A stretch of DNA of 55,316 nucleotides, taken from the IMG/VR virus record IMGVR_UViG_3300025151_000045, positions 1 to 55,316 of that record, one strand, 5' to 3'. A program made the translations under genes and the position numbers. Positions 11,201 to 18,030 of this stretch are shown here, in pieces. This DNA comes from a virus (Duplodnaviria; Caudoviricetes). Within the stretch, counting starts at the first letter, position 1. Every line of letters begins with the position of its first letter. The notes under the pieces are model-generated. The model saw only the letters and a list, made by a program, of their open reading frames with translations. It searched no databases and was not told the DNA's origin.

Positions 11201-13314
11201 GCTAAACTTTCTGTGCTGTTGTTTGCTGATTGCAAGTAAGCTGCAACCTCTTTAGACATCTCTTCTCTAGTTTGTGAGTCATGACCTGTAAGACCCATGC
11301 CATACCATAACAAGACATCTCCTGCGCTACCCCTTTTATAACCTTTGTTAAACTCACCTTTAAACCCCTCATAATTTCTTTTTGTATTCTCAGTTATGCT
11401 TTTGTCAAACTTCATGTCAAAAAAGGTCCTAGCATTTAAGTATGAATTAGCTGCTTCTTTTTGAGATATGTTTATGCTGTTTATATTATTGCTTAGTTGT
11501 CGATATTGTTCATAATCGTTTAGCGTTTTAAGATCCCCTTGACCTAAAATAATCTCACCTTTCTCATTCACCACCACTTCAATATCTTGAAACTGTTTGC
11601 CAAATATTCTTTCTGACTCTGCCTGTGAAACGTCATATGCTTTTTTTGAAGCTTTATCTACTTCTGCTGCTAAAGCCATACTGTTCTGTCTTTCTTTTTC
11701 AGCAAAGAAATCAAACTCATCCATTGTGTCACTAATGTAGGTATCAAACACTGACCCTGCACCATAAACCTCAGCTAGCTTCTCATATTGTTGTTCCCCA
11801 TCTTCAACAATCTTAGCCAGCGTAGCTGGGGTTTTAGGCACTACTATTCCATTTTTTAAAGTCATAAAAAGATCTGGAAATCTTCTAGTGTCTTCTTCGC
11901 TATACTTCTGATATTGAGAATTAGGGTCTTCCAATAAAGCATCAGCTAAAGTTAATTTGTCTTGTAGGTGTTTATAGTTTCTACCCCCTGCAGATACTGC
12001 ATAATAATTTAATCCTTTATCTTCAAAAAACTTAACAGCTTTTTTATTTGCCACATCCATTAAGTCATCTTTGGGTGAGATGTTAAGGTCAGCATTGTTC
12101 TTTAAGAATTCTGTCAATAAGTCAAAATCTTCTATCTGATCTAAGTCAACGTCAATGACATTTCCATTTATGTCAACAACACCAAAACCATTACCTATTG
12201 CATTAGATATAGTAGGCATAGCACTAAAGCCATATCTACCAAACTGTTTATTAAAAGCCTTTATTCTATCTTCTGCAGAGATATTGTCTTTTGCTATTTT
12301 ACTCAACGAGTCATTAGTCAGCAGCTCTGCAAACTCTTGATCATTAGCAATCTGTTCATTTCGTTGATTAGATAATCTTTCTTTTTCTAACCATTCCTTT
12401 TTTTGATTCTCTATCTCTACTGCTTTTCTCTCAGTATATTTTTTTAGTTCCTGAATCTTATCATCACCAGGAGCAAACTGTCTGCCTGTCTCATCAAAAA
12501 TAGTTTTGTAGGTAGACTTACTTTCATCAACCTCTTTATTGTGCTCAGTTAATGCTGCTTCTTTTTTCTTGTCAACAGCCTCTATATCTTTCTGATCAAT
12601 AACACCATCATTGTTTACGTCATACTGCTTATTGTTTTGGTAAGCTTTAGACATCATGCTAACACTGCCATCTGTTGTACTTTCGTTAGCTATAAAGTTT
12701 TGTATGTTTTGCTTTTCATCTGGAGCTTCAGGTTGACTTGTTAATCCTTTTCCACGTTCTCGTGCAGCTGAAAGCTTTTCAATTCTTGATTTATATTCTT
12801 GATATTGTGGAGAGGCATCTATATAAGCCTGGCTAAATTTAACAGCTTCTGGAGTGTCGTTTAAAGGATTACCTGCGTAAATGTCAAGCTTACGCCCACG
12901 TTCATCTCTAATCTCTCTATACCCTTCTTTCTGTTGGTTTAAGAAACTAAAATCTTGTTTAGCTTCTCCAGATTCCAAAGAGCCATCTGTGCTTTCTTCC
13001 TTGGTAGTAGATTCCATACCTTCCTCTTGAGAAGAAAATTCTGGTTCGTCTTTTTTTTTTAATGTACCATCTTGTACCAAAGAATCAAATTCGTCTCCAT
13101 AATAAGATTTTAGTTCAGACTCTCCAACCTCCATACCATTTGGAGTAGTATAAAGTATTTCACCATTAGATGGCTGAATATTTTCAGTAGAAGACACCTC
13201 AGCTTTTAATGTGCCATCCTCAACTAAAGAATCAAATTCATCTCCATAATAAGATTTTAATTCTGATTCTCCAACCTGCTGTCCATTAGGGGTAGTGTAA
13301 ACTGTTTCTTCCAT
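2254..13314 (-). CDS. giant polyvalent virion/ejection protein (3686 aa) with GNAT-like domains and a zincin metallopeptidase
   Basis: Last gene of the structural block; HEFGH at ~aa 2288 (nt 6439-6453) with downstream EEALVE; GNAT motif A VVVDKSVEGKGVGSKLL; Gly/Ala hydrophobic segment ~aa 750-950; EF-hand-like DVNNDGVIDQKD. Confidence 0.8.
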   Translation of the reverse strand: MEETVYTTPNGQQVGESELKSYYGDEFDSLVEDGTLKAEVSSTENIQPSNGEILYTTPNGMEVGESELKSYYGDEFDSLVQDGTLKKKDEPEFSSQEEGMESTTKEESTDGSLESGEAKQDFSFLNQQKEGYREIRDERGRKLDIYAGNPLNDTPEAVKFSQAYIDASPQYQEYKSRIEKLSAARERGKGLTSQPEAPDEKQNIQNFIANESTTDGSVSMMSKAYQNNKQYDVNNDGVIDQKDIEAVDKKKEAALTEHNKEVDESKSTYKTIFDETGRQFAPGDDKIQELKKYTERKAVEIENQKKEWLEKERLSNQRNEQIANDQEFAELLTNDSLSKIAKDNISAEDRIKAFNKQFGRYGFSAMPTISNAIGNGFGVVDINGNVIDVDLDQIEDFDLLTEFLKNNADLNISPKDDLMDVANKKAVKFFEDKGLNYYAVSAGGRNYKHLQDKLTLADALLEDPNSQYQKYSEEDTRRFPDLFMTLKNGIVVPKTPATLAKIVEDGEQQYEKLAEVYGAGSVFDTYISDTMDEFDFFAEKERQNSMALAAEVDKASKKAYDVSQAESERIFGKQFQDIEVVVNEKGEIILGQGDLKTLNDYEQYRQLSNNINSINISQKEAANSYLNARTFFDMKFDKSITENTKRNYEGFKGEFNKGYKRGSAGDVLLWYGMGLTGHDSQTREEMSKEVAAYLQSANNSTESLALKRHNRYTRKGFFDSGSEYWATVFRDPFEVAGALFANSMSQMLPYGLKIAVPIMGARIVQRGRQGAIGGAAATAAVGGEGGIPGLAIGAGLGAIEGAGETFAIASGLVEYTNAILDVAAEKGYNPTLPQDWKTAMEDDEVWKDARNRGLARGVPIALVNMLTVKMGGKIFGAGRRAFTQSAVAKSAMVGAEFSTVTLGEGLGEVAAQASRMAFIGDQDKFAWNEVGDEMLGSLGAPVQYANIAKNMYDVNSRAQKIQFAESLTDVKNIMKETASPKKILAWTNNMRETGQIDDVTYQQITDNLAAKKTAQEYIKNGNPDLAIAEEEVASEVATEEAVEDVAPRFKGAFTNKKLRADQETTTEEAAQRVKNRDKKLFDETQEAPGIPGAPKISDVTTDGEVSTGVYSNENGQVDIIISSTGTNQNFVGYYRVYENGKPTNKFTSKMQVVDGKGFGKMIANAQTQLPEGHQWMETKSVSKDGLRVWNKSKEKGYKESVDENGNVITKEVTLNQATKEGITGKSTDYKDVVVSKAEADNIVNELQEIYPGIETSTIKGGPGKVKIKIKLPVLESTTETTTEAVTEDVAPTDQETVSQKTTVESVIQKVRGRGRKAKLKSRVAELIKSRNFYQQSKEIYGPQISEINKEINEIITSGKVRSKENQVKLPQLGQSYTVNGRKYNAKQFVKILNKMSSKDLINSNIIIRNPNQEVQDILKTKNQEIDAIQKPSTEKVDVQQQSTDGETLGTRDTQETPTQESQEKIQVDQTQVKIEKQLEIDGITPEFKEAKDNIPTLTIYEEGTDKVIEKIIGKEAVEKAKAEGKKGQRGTDLVAVRERVQIIEIGGKKYKFTVQLYDDGTARYQVSEIDRGGISIKNLSKDEYYNLLNQEEVQVDQAKKEVDQEVTLEPAVTEDGEIDYEAEDKVRNIAKERDLGITSDREIAFIARDKDGKIVGGAYTSYDNSTGKYTFDVVVDKSVEGKGVGSKLLDQVKDLPFEIQDMNPEATVEVDVVSPVMEKMLKSKGFEVIEKIGPSRFLMSPKTETPTTEVSEVVEETKVDQEVEKVVKDEAEVLAQALGLNISSKKGDARFEIAEEVELEDEVSIKKIEDAMNKMLDAQIQFTEPTSQPDTKVNAVKVSKVNKKEIAKALKKLGLNEDEVIVTLEEFDNTPTLMAMSDVLATGKSLKDSQGNPIDVRGGLMYNLLGPNKNLAWAGVDFEGAQKMVDNAVKVYQNNKEYFNNWWADNPKYKGMVPLTVMRMADSAIYSNEATFRWINPTIKKYSLEARTEAFKTFVKDLDKPITGKDLKKAKADFKKFLENNPEIKTIDQLLDAVVKDSQERAKKKTKEDATAEAGHLPLDSKKYLFHKIFSPAKTQKVGGRLIAKTLNDIDSQPDQKSMFSEKLLLDDIGEPAMMQARKGDVMGFMGIDVINPKVVRADHQNYGWGPKGKFLGVLETPTNGINVFPEFFAKASRVFKPEIEKATGKPKSLPSKEKVRDQVGGSFFIDNAFVGARIKASKMSPIEIITAKLRYAFPQVNVINSQQEFNKKINEPGVLTSKVKGKVILGLTKDGQIYLNPDKATLATPIHEFGHIWIDFLRSKASGKKGTALLNKGLELIKDTSYYEKAKKKYGEFDADGNLTNEDLVLEEALVEGIATKGENIAKASVRSNFLSWLNGMYKYIQEKFTTSKETKMEDIANLSIDDFQNIALADLFSGKTAMEKEAAAFDPAFEAGKTSRARFEVMGGLSAIEIIREGRKQGFTDASIIEVVKSMYPKLTIEEIKSTIDFEGGQIGLFQDYNVPASFGNVIGGMREGIAMLSDIRNTLKKTKKKRDKEGKPLTRIQMREMAGKLLRNHEVYKLLTGNKQLQKQLEVDLDKLMDIDEGKNLSERMDLLKTQIRSMKVNESNLQSMKKRITSLLRQQVAIKEVTKSEYNKALRILRDAKLDNFDASMLKIEKLAEDIEVRQKKALIAETIKNFTNLAKVGRSKSGRTVSKGRIDASGIRFFAEAAKQLKAFAKNDEKTINRLQAELFDVVDGLVTGVKAEVQAAVDKMESETKDSKATREEMALVNKLGIYSLLSQINSKSLEDIKSILQNFKNVEDASRQQLGNQIYQRARRNREIKEGTDNLMSESFNDIITSDRTTFRPVSNEEKTTFGTKVLDKWDGNSESTVEVDGKTFRVVIEETVSEKTKKISTKNVIQIQEKEFLTEDEIKDNWASLRERILSAKGKDKAAGKIVNEMLKSFKKIKDKRFYIKFFNQLAKNPASSTNTLLRLMETKNNKFLSENVIDKLADMSEDYIRGKFNQKDYMDALANSIFGFDKGIQGVMDNASKNVDLKMEKGVKNFNIGELMNLYALMKNEETALMILEGGRGSFKFRSDLQQQLDEILDSKTKEFVDRTVEYLSDQYYEGVNEVYEATNYVSLPKTKNYFPRQVKTDQKTQQQLVDAVKDGDFHKAFNAQYASALKNRSANLGQVQTRGRDFFSVLDNHFSEMEKFKAYAEGLKDVSAVFKSDGISKAMLVTGSNSRILKQLTQTINPEALMELMSNDLLDKNLSRFTVGVLAFKAVQILKQATSFITAYADYNYNPNFKPKGAGGVIAKEIQDALGFAYDTARMAINYRKNFQEAKKVSATFRDRVEDGDLYSLATGIQRNRSVLNKGKFARKFEKAAGWTTQVGDQLGVMGYFINYKRNIENGMSRDKALRAFNKYNETQQTRRAQDLSAIQLMKSPFLRLFTAFASTSILQLNKFMQESYNMVINKDFSKRTVRSMALNVSLANALFFTAGNFLRLTGDEEDEEKFVRDLTAYATGLKMFQSSLIILGDIFEAVNLMYLNDMDPYSARNRASKQYNPIVDTFFEFYAGLQDVSDKTKTDKEVESAYRRMATKMLYLSSVNIDPLLAMSDLFKDDVELDETIPAILGFPKGALKDQIDPAKPLRWIDFEAYQEKKAQEEYHENLPEVQEIEKLQNEAKEDVNEAITEMLKNN
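8026..8513. repeat. 17-bp direct repeat AACCTCTTGATCTACTT flanking the GNAT module
   Basis: Copies at 8026-8042 and 8497-8513; offset 471 nt (in frame). Confidence 0.85.
8525..8932. repeat. 24-bp direct repeat (22/24 identical) flanking an AT-rich module
   Basis: TGGTCAACTTGGA(C/T)TT(C/T)TTCTTGA at 8525-8548 and 8909-8932; offset 384 nt (in frame). Confidence 0.8.
8898..9038 (-). CDS. nested +1-frame gene: 46-aa basic protein MPFKSQAQRKWMYSNNPQMAKRWEQETPKKRLPKRVKKKSKLTRRK
   Basis: ATG at 9038 with A-rich upstream sequence, TAA at 8900-8898; resembles the small phage protein family I recall as MPFKS.AQR.WM.AN.P.MAKRW. Confidence 0.7.
   Translation of the reverse strand: MPFKSQAQRKWMYSNNPQMAKRWEQETPKKRLPKRVKKKSKLTRRK
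9428..10189. repeat. nested direct repeats flanking a GNAT-like module
   Basis: TTGGAGCCACATCTTCT 9441/10173; GTTTCTTGATCTG 9428/10124; TCAGTAGTAGTTTC 9467/10115; all offsets are multiples of 3. Confidence 0.8.
13057..13299 (-). repeat. N-terminal tandem protein repeat (2 x 32 aa) of the giant protein
   Basis: YTTPNG..VGESELKSYYGDEFDSLV.DGTLK at aa 6-37 and 55-86. Confidence 0.9.
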
Positions 13315-13316
13315 GC

Positions 13317-15206
13317 TTATAATTTAATTACATAGTTACCTTTTAATTCATCTCCTTGAGCCATCTGTTTGTATAACGCCTCGAAGTTTCCTCCTTGAAT
13401 TTTAAATTCACCATCTGTTTTTGTTAAAGGGAATTTATATTTATTTCCTTTATAACCAAATATAATACCCTCTGAAAACTTACGACCATACTTATCTTCT
13501 GTTTCATCTCCAGAATATTCATAACCAGTAAAGTTAAGGTCTGCATCTAACCCTCCTGACACAAGGGAGCTATAGGCGTCTATTACTGTGTTTATGTTAT
13601 CTTCCTCTATAGGATCTTTAAACACCTTGCTAGGACTAATCTCGTCATTACCAAACTTCATGAGTGGAAGATCTGAATATTTTTTAGAAGAAAGCCTAGT
13701 TGTTGTAGCAGTATAATCTTTATTTGATGTTCCATAAGAATCTACTTGGTTGTAAGAGTTAACTGCATCTTTTGGTGGTGCAAAGCCATACATAAAAGAG
13801 AAATAAGCATTCATAAACTGCCTATTGTTCATGCCAGTCATATCAATCTGATCTTGTACTGGTTCAGTTGTTTTTTTCCCAGTTTGGGGGTCAATTGTTG
13901 TTATTGTTTTTTCCATGTAAACAATTCCATCTTTTCCTCTCCTAAGATCATCAAGTTTCACCTCTACTTTATCACCTCCCTCACCAGTAACTACAACAAA
14001 GTTTTTTAAAGCACTAACTGATTCATTGTATCCACCTTCGTTACTACTAAAAAGTTTGTTAATTAAATCTAGGTTTGATTTTTGTTCCTTTAACTTATCC
14101 CCTCTTTTATACTGCCACTCTTGCATTTGTGCTGGAGCTCTTCTTTCTGTTATGGTTTCTTTTAATCCAAGTCTAGAGCCTACGCCATTTTCAAAAGTAG
14201 TCTTGGCTTTTTCTGATGCTTTTATAAAGTTTTCATGATCCCTAATAGGATTAAGTCTACCATCCTGTCCAGCCTCAACTAATATTAAATTTTTATTAGC
14301 ATCAGCCTCATCTTTATCTTCTGTGTAATTATATTGAGTGCCAGCTGGCATACCATCTGGTCCTGGAACCCCTTGATCAGTAATAAGGCTTAATATCGAA
14401 TCGTCATTATTACTTACTGTCTCCCACTCAGCATTAATGTATGCCATAGCCTCATCGTTTTGCCTAACATCTGACATAGTCTTTATAAACCTACCTTTAA
14501 CATCAGCTTTTAAGAATACTCCTAGCCCCTCAGCTGTAGTGTCATACACACTGTTCATATCTACATTGTCATACTTTTGAACTACAGCAGACAATGACCC
14601 TGGAAGTGTTCTATAATCCCCCACCTTTTTAGATGGGTTGCCATTTTTATCAAACTTTGCAAATAGCAAATCGCCATTTGCTGTAAACTGAAAGCCATGA
14701 TCTACCATTTGAGCTAAAGCCCCTAAACCTTCCATGTTGTAAGCATCTAATGTAGACCCTTGACTTAAAACTTTCGAGCCTTCCAATGTCCCTGCTTTTT
14801 GTCTAGCCATCGCTTCTTCATACTGAGTGTTAAACTCTGTAATAAAAGCTTTCATTTGAGTAGCAGAATTGTTAATCTTATTGGTTTTATTAAGCCATTG
14901 ATCTCTAGTCATCTTACCCCTTCTGTACAAATTGTTTGCTTCTTGCAACATCAATGAGCCTTCCTCCATGGCTTTAGTAACTCTAGGAACCAACATATCC
15001 CCACTAGCAGCTGTTAGCTCTGCATTTTCCTGGACTGTTTCATTAAAAGCATCTTGAGTTTTGTTGATGTCTGTCAACATGGAGTCCCTAGTAGCTAGTC
15101 CTGACTCAATAGCATCTGAAAAACTTTTTGAAAACGCACTGTAATCTACAGCTGTTTCTTTTATTACTTTTGACTCAAATTGTGTGGGTTGTAATGATTC
15201 TGCCAT
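13317..15206 (-). CDS. putative internal virion/ejection protein
   Basis: 629 aa with helical N-terminal half, between the pilot-like gene and the giant gene as in podovirus ejection trios. Confidence 0.55.
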   Translation of the reverse strand: MAESLQPTQFESKVIKETAVDYSAFSKSFSDAIESGLATRDSMLTDINKTQDAFNETVQENAELTAASGDMLVPRVTKAMEEGSLMLQEANNLYRRGKMTRDQWLNKTNKINNSATQMKAFITEFNTQYEEAMARQKAGTLEGSKVLSQGSTLDAYNMEGLGALAQMVDHGFQFTANGDLLFAKFDKNGNPSKKVGDYRTLPGSLSAVVQKYDNVDMNSVYDTTAEGLGVFLKADVKGRFIKTMSDVRQNDEAMAYINAEWETVSNNDDSILSLITDQGVPGPDGMPAGTQYNYTEDKDEADANKNLILVEAGQDGRLNPIRDHENFIKASEKAKTTFENGVGSRLGLKETITERRAPAQMQEWQYKRGDKLKEQKSNLDLINKLFSSNEGGYNESVSALKNFVVVTGEGGDKVEVKLDDLRRGKDGIVYMEKTITTIDPQTGKKTTEPVQDQIDMTGMNNRQFMNAYFSFMYGFAPPKDAVNSYNQVDSYGTSNKDYTATTTRLSSKKYSDLPLMKFGNDEISPSKVFKDPIEEDNINTVIDAYSSLVSGGLDADLNFTGYEYSGDETEDKYGRKFSEGIIFGYKGNKYKFPLTKTDGEFKIQGGNFEALYKQMAQGDELKGNYVIKL

Positions 15207-15216
15207 TGTAAATTTT

Positions 15217-16101
15217 TTATTGTCCTATGCCACCTATAATTCCTTGCACTGTTTCAAAAGGCAGGTTTTGAAATAAGTAATCTGTAATTTGCTCATCTCC
15301 AGCACCAGAATATAGTAACTCACCAAAACCTTTACCAAATGTTTCATTAGATAACAGTGCTCCTTTTAACGCTTCATTGTTGTCAAAATCAGCAACATCA
15401 CCACCAAACCCTGACATAGTGTTTTTAAAATAATCTTGTATAGGTGTTTCTGATCCAGCAGCTACAGGTGCATTTAAAGATGCTTTATCTAAAAGTTGTT
15501 TTTGAGCAACCTTAGTGTCAATACCTTCAATTAACCCTGGGATTACTGCTTCACCTACTGTAGATATAGCCTCTCCAGCTGATTTTCTAGCTTGAGCTCT
15601 AAGGTCTACCTCTTGTTCTTGATAAGCCTTACCTGCCTCAAATTGCTGATTAGCTTGTCCTAGCTCAATACCACCTATCTGCTCTGCTATTCTTCTATCT
15701 TCCTCAGCAATAGCTTTTTGAATATCTTGTTGTTGTTTTATTTCAAAATCTTGAACTTGACTTAAACCTTTTGTTAAGATAGCTTGTTGTCTAGCAGCTC
15801 CAGCACTTGCACCTCGTTGATCTCCAACTCCTAACTGCTGACTCGCTTGACCAGCAATCAATGCGTCAATAGCATCTTCAGAAGCTTTCTTATTGATAGT
15901 TAGCTGTTTCATATAATTAGAAGCACCTATCCTGTCAATAACTTTTTGCTGTAGTCTTTCACCTTGCCTTAGTGCATCATCAGATCTTCTTTTAGCTTCA
16001 TTAGCTTTACTTAAACTTCCAAGAGCTGAAGCAGTTTGTCCTGTCACAGATAAACCTAAAGCCACTAATGTTCCTGCTGTTAATCCTAATAATGCTACCA
16101 T
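15217..16101 (-). CDS. putative ejection/pilot protein
   Basis: Hydrophobic Gly/Ala N-terminus then Gln/Ala-rich coiled coil; first of three genes after the tail genes. Confidence 0.55.
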   Translation of the reverse strand: MVALLGLTAGTLVALGLSVTGQTASALGSLSKANEAKRRSDDALRQGERLQQKVIDRIGASNYMKQLTINKKASEDAIDALIAGQASQQLGVGDQRGASAGAARQQAILTKGLSQVQDFEIKQQQDIQKAIAEEDRRIAEQIGGIELGQANQQFEAGKAYQEQEVDLRAQARKSAGEAISTVGEAVIPGLIEGIDTKVAQKQLLDKASLNAPVAAGSETPIQDYFKNTMSGFGGDVADFDNNEALKGALLSNETFGKGFGELLYSGAGDEQITDYLFQNLPFETVQGIIGGIGQ

Positions 16102-16152
16102 AATAAATATTTTTATTTTAAATGCCCTTTAAAAGAGCTTAATGCTAATATG

Positions 16153-16160
16153 CAAATATA
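16153..16160 (-). promoter_or_regulatory. -7 promoter element TATATTTG for the ejection-protein genes
   Basis: Exact consensus in the intergenic gap. Confidence 0.55.
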
Positions 16161-16165
16161 CAAAA

Positions 16166-17053
16166 TTACTTTGATCGTGGATTAGGTTCACTAACCATCA
16201 CGTCAGATCCCACAGCAAAAAGCTCTACTGCGTTAGTGTTAATATTTGTTAATTTAAACTCTAAGTAGTGTCCAAGTAAACCATTAGACTCTGCTATTGA
16301 ATTTTTAACTGAGAATAAAAGATCTGTAGGGTTTGGGGCTACACCACTGTATCCAGTAGGATTAACAGTAATGGTATTGGCTGTAATCGCACTTACTAAA
16401 CCTACAGGGTTAGGGTTAGGCGTACCTGCAAAATTATATATTAAATCTCCACCAACACCTGTAGTTGGATCACCAGGCTTTACAAAAACTGGGTTTATAG
16501 TTATGGTACTAGCAAATGTCAACACCCATCCTGTAGGGTTTGTAGTGTCTACACTTAGTAAGTTACCTATGCCATTAACAGACCTTAACTGTAAGTCAGG
16601 ACTTGTAGAATATGAAGTTCCACTTCCAGACTCAGGAAGCTGATTGGTTCTGATAAAAGCAAAAAAGTCAGATTCTTTTTTCTGCCAGTAATTAGCAGCA
16701 GGTGGAGGAGCAATAGCTGAGTTTGAAGTATTACCTTTTATAAACCCAGTAATAACATCAGTAGTAAACTCACCCTCCCAAGTATCATCAGATTCTAAAT
16801 AAAAAGTTTTAAAAACCTTGTTAGCTAAAGGATCTCTGTTGACTATACTTGTAACCTCTGACCTAGCACCTAATGCTGGATCTGTAACGCCATAAAATAC
16901 ATTCCTGTTATCATTGACATTATGTCTATATAGATTTCCATTTTTAAAAGTGTACAGATAATTATTCATCCCTATTATCTTCTCAGGATAAAATGAATAA
17001 AAAGATACCCATCCAGGTATATTAGAGTCCCATGACAATGTGTAGTTTGGCAT
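16166..17053 (-). CDS. tail protein, apparently the detached C-terminal part of the muzzle/stabilisation protein
   Basis: GWVSFYSFYPE..IGMNNYLYTFKNGNLYRH...KVFKTFYLES, motifs recalled from the C-terminus of such proteins. Confidence 0.6.
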   Translation of the reverse strand: MPNYTLSWDSNIPGWVSFYSFYPEKIIGMNNYLYTFKNGNLYRHNVNDNRNVFYGVTDPALGARSEVTSIVNRDPLANKVFKTFYLESDDTWEGEFTTDVITGFIKGNTSNSAIAPPPAANYWQKKESDFFAFIRTNQLPESGSGTSYSTSPDLQLRSVNGIGNLLSVDTTNPTGWVLTFASTITINPVFVKPGDPTTGVGGDLIYNFAGTPNPNPVGLVSAITANTITVNPTGYSGVAPNPTDLLFSVKNSIAESNGLLGHYLEFKLTNINTNAVELFAVGSDVMVSEPNPRSK

Positions 17054-17062
17054 AATATTATT

Positions 17063-18028
17063 TTAAGGTGGACAACTGCCAATAGCAATTATCACACTGT
17101 TAGCGTCAATTTCAAAATATCCACTAGCTGATGAAGAAGTAAAGCCATAAAAACCAGCTCCACTACTTGTTGCTAATTTAGTGCTTCCTGCCACATCTGT
17201 AAATATTACATCATATAAAGCAGGTTCACCAGCTGTCCCTGTAACTGGTCCATTGTAATAGGTGTTTGAATTAGTTGCAGCACAAGCATCTACTGCTGCT
17301 CCAAATCTACCACTCGCACTAAAACTTGTTAAGGCTACTGGACATGTGTTACTCAAAGATACTGAATTTAAATTAGCTCCAACAGGTCCAACGATTCTTA
17401 TTGTAGCAGTTCTAGGTTCAGCTGCAATCTTTGGTATAAATAAGTTAACAACTCCTGGGTTTAAAGCAACTCCAGAAACATCACTAGGGGCAACCACAAT
17501 GTTTTCTGTGGATCCTGAAGGAACAAAGCCTGTGCCTACACCTGAGCCATTAGATAGTCCATCCCAGTTCATTTTATTGACAGCGTATGGAGAAAAGTTA
17601 GGAAAATCATAAGCAGTGATTTCAGAGTTCTTTCCAAAGTATGGACCAGCTAACCAACCATAAGCACTAGAGCTTCCTGCTGAATATACAACACTATTGT
17701 GTGTAACAAAAATACCTGTTGGTATATCTGAGGATGTTAGTTTTACTTGCCAATTAACATTGGTTCCTGTTCCTAAATCTATTTCAAAATCATAAACCCC
17801 TTGACTAGCTGTTGTCCATCCAGCTGTAGGCTTAGTTCCACATACAGCCTTTTCACAAAATGGGCAAATTTGAATAGGACCAAGAACCCCAGATGTTTGC
17901 TGTCTGTATTGTCCACAGTTCTGATAATAACCATCAGGGGCTTTAGTGGTTAGTTGTGCATCAGTATACACTGCTGTAGCAGTGGTAAAGGATTGCGAGT
18001 CTATATAATATGGTGCTGGTGTTGGCAT
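17063..18028 (-). CDS. Cys/Thr/Gly-rich virion (tail-associated) protein
   Basis: Beta-rich composition; C-terminal module similar to the C-terminus of the upstream gene; ATG 18028 preferred. Confidence 0.6.
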   Translation of the reverse strand: MPTPAPYYIDSQSFTTATAVYTDAQLTTKAPDGYYQNCGQYRQQTSGVLGPIQICPFCEKAVCGTKPTAGWTTASQGVYDFEIDLGTGTNVNWQVKLTSSDIPTGIFVTHNSVVYSAGSSSAYGWLAGPYFGKNSEITAYDFPNFSPYAVNKMNWDGLSNGSGVGTGFVPSGSTENIVVAPSDVSGVALNPGVVNLFIPKIAAEPRTATIRIVGPVGANLNSVSLSNTCPVALTSFSASGRFGAAVDACAATNSNTYYNGPVTGTAGEPALYDVIFTDVAGSTKLATSSGAGFYGFTSSSASGYFEIDANSVIIAIGSCPP

Positions 18029-18030
18029 AA

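Noticed and set aside
2254-13314. crAss/N4-type virion RNA polymerase
   Set aside because: No catalytic DxDxD-type motif recognised; DVNNDGVID looks EF-hand-like
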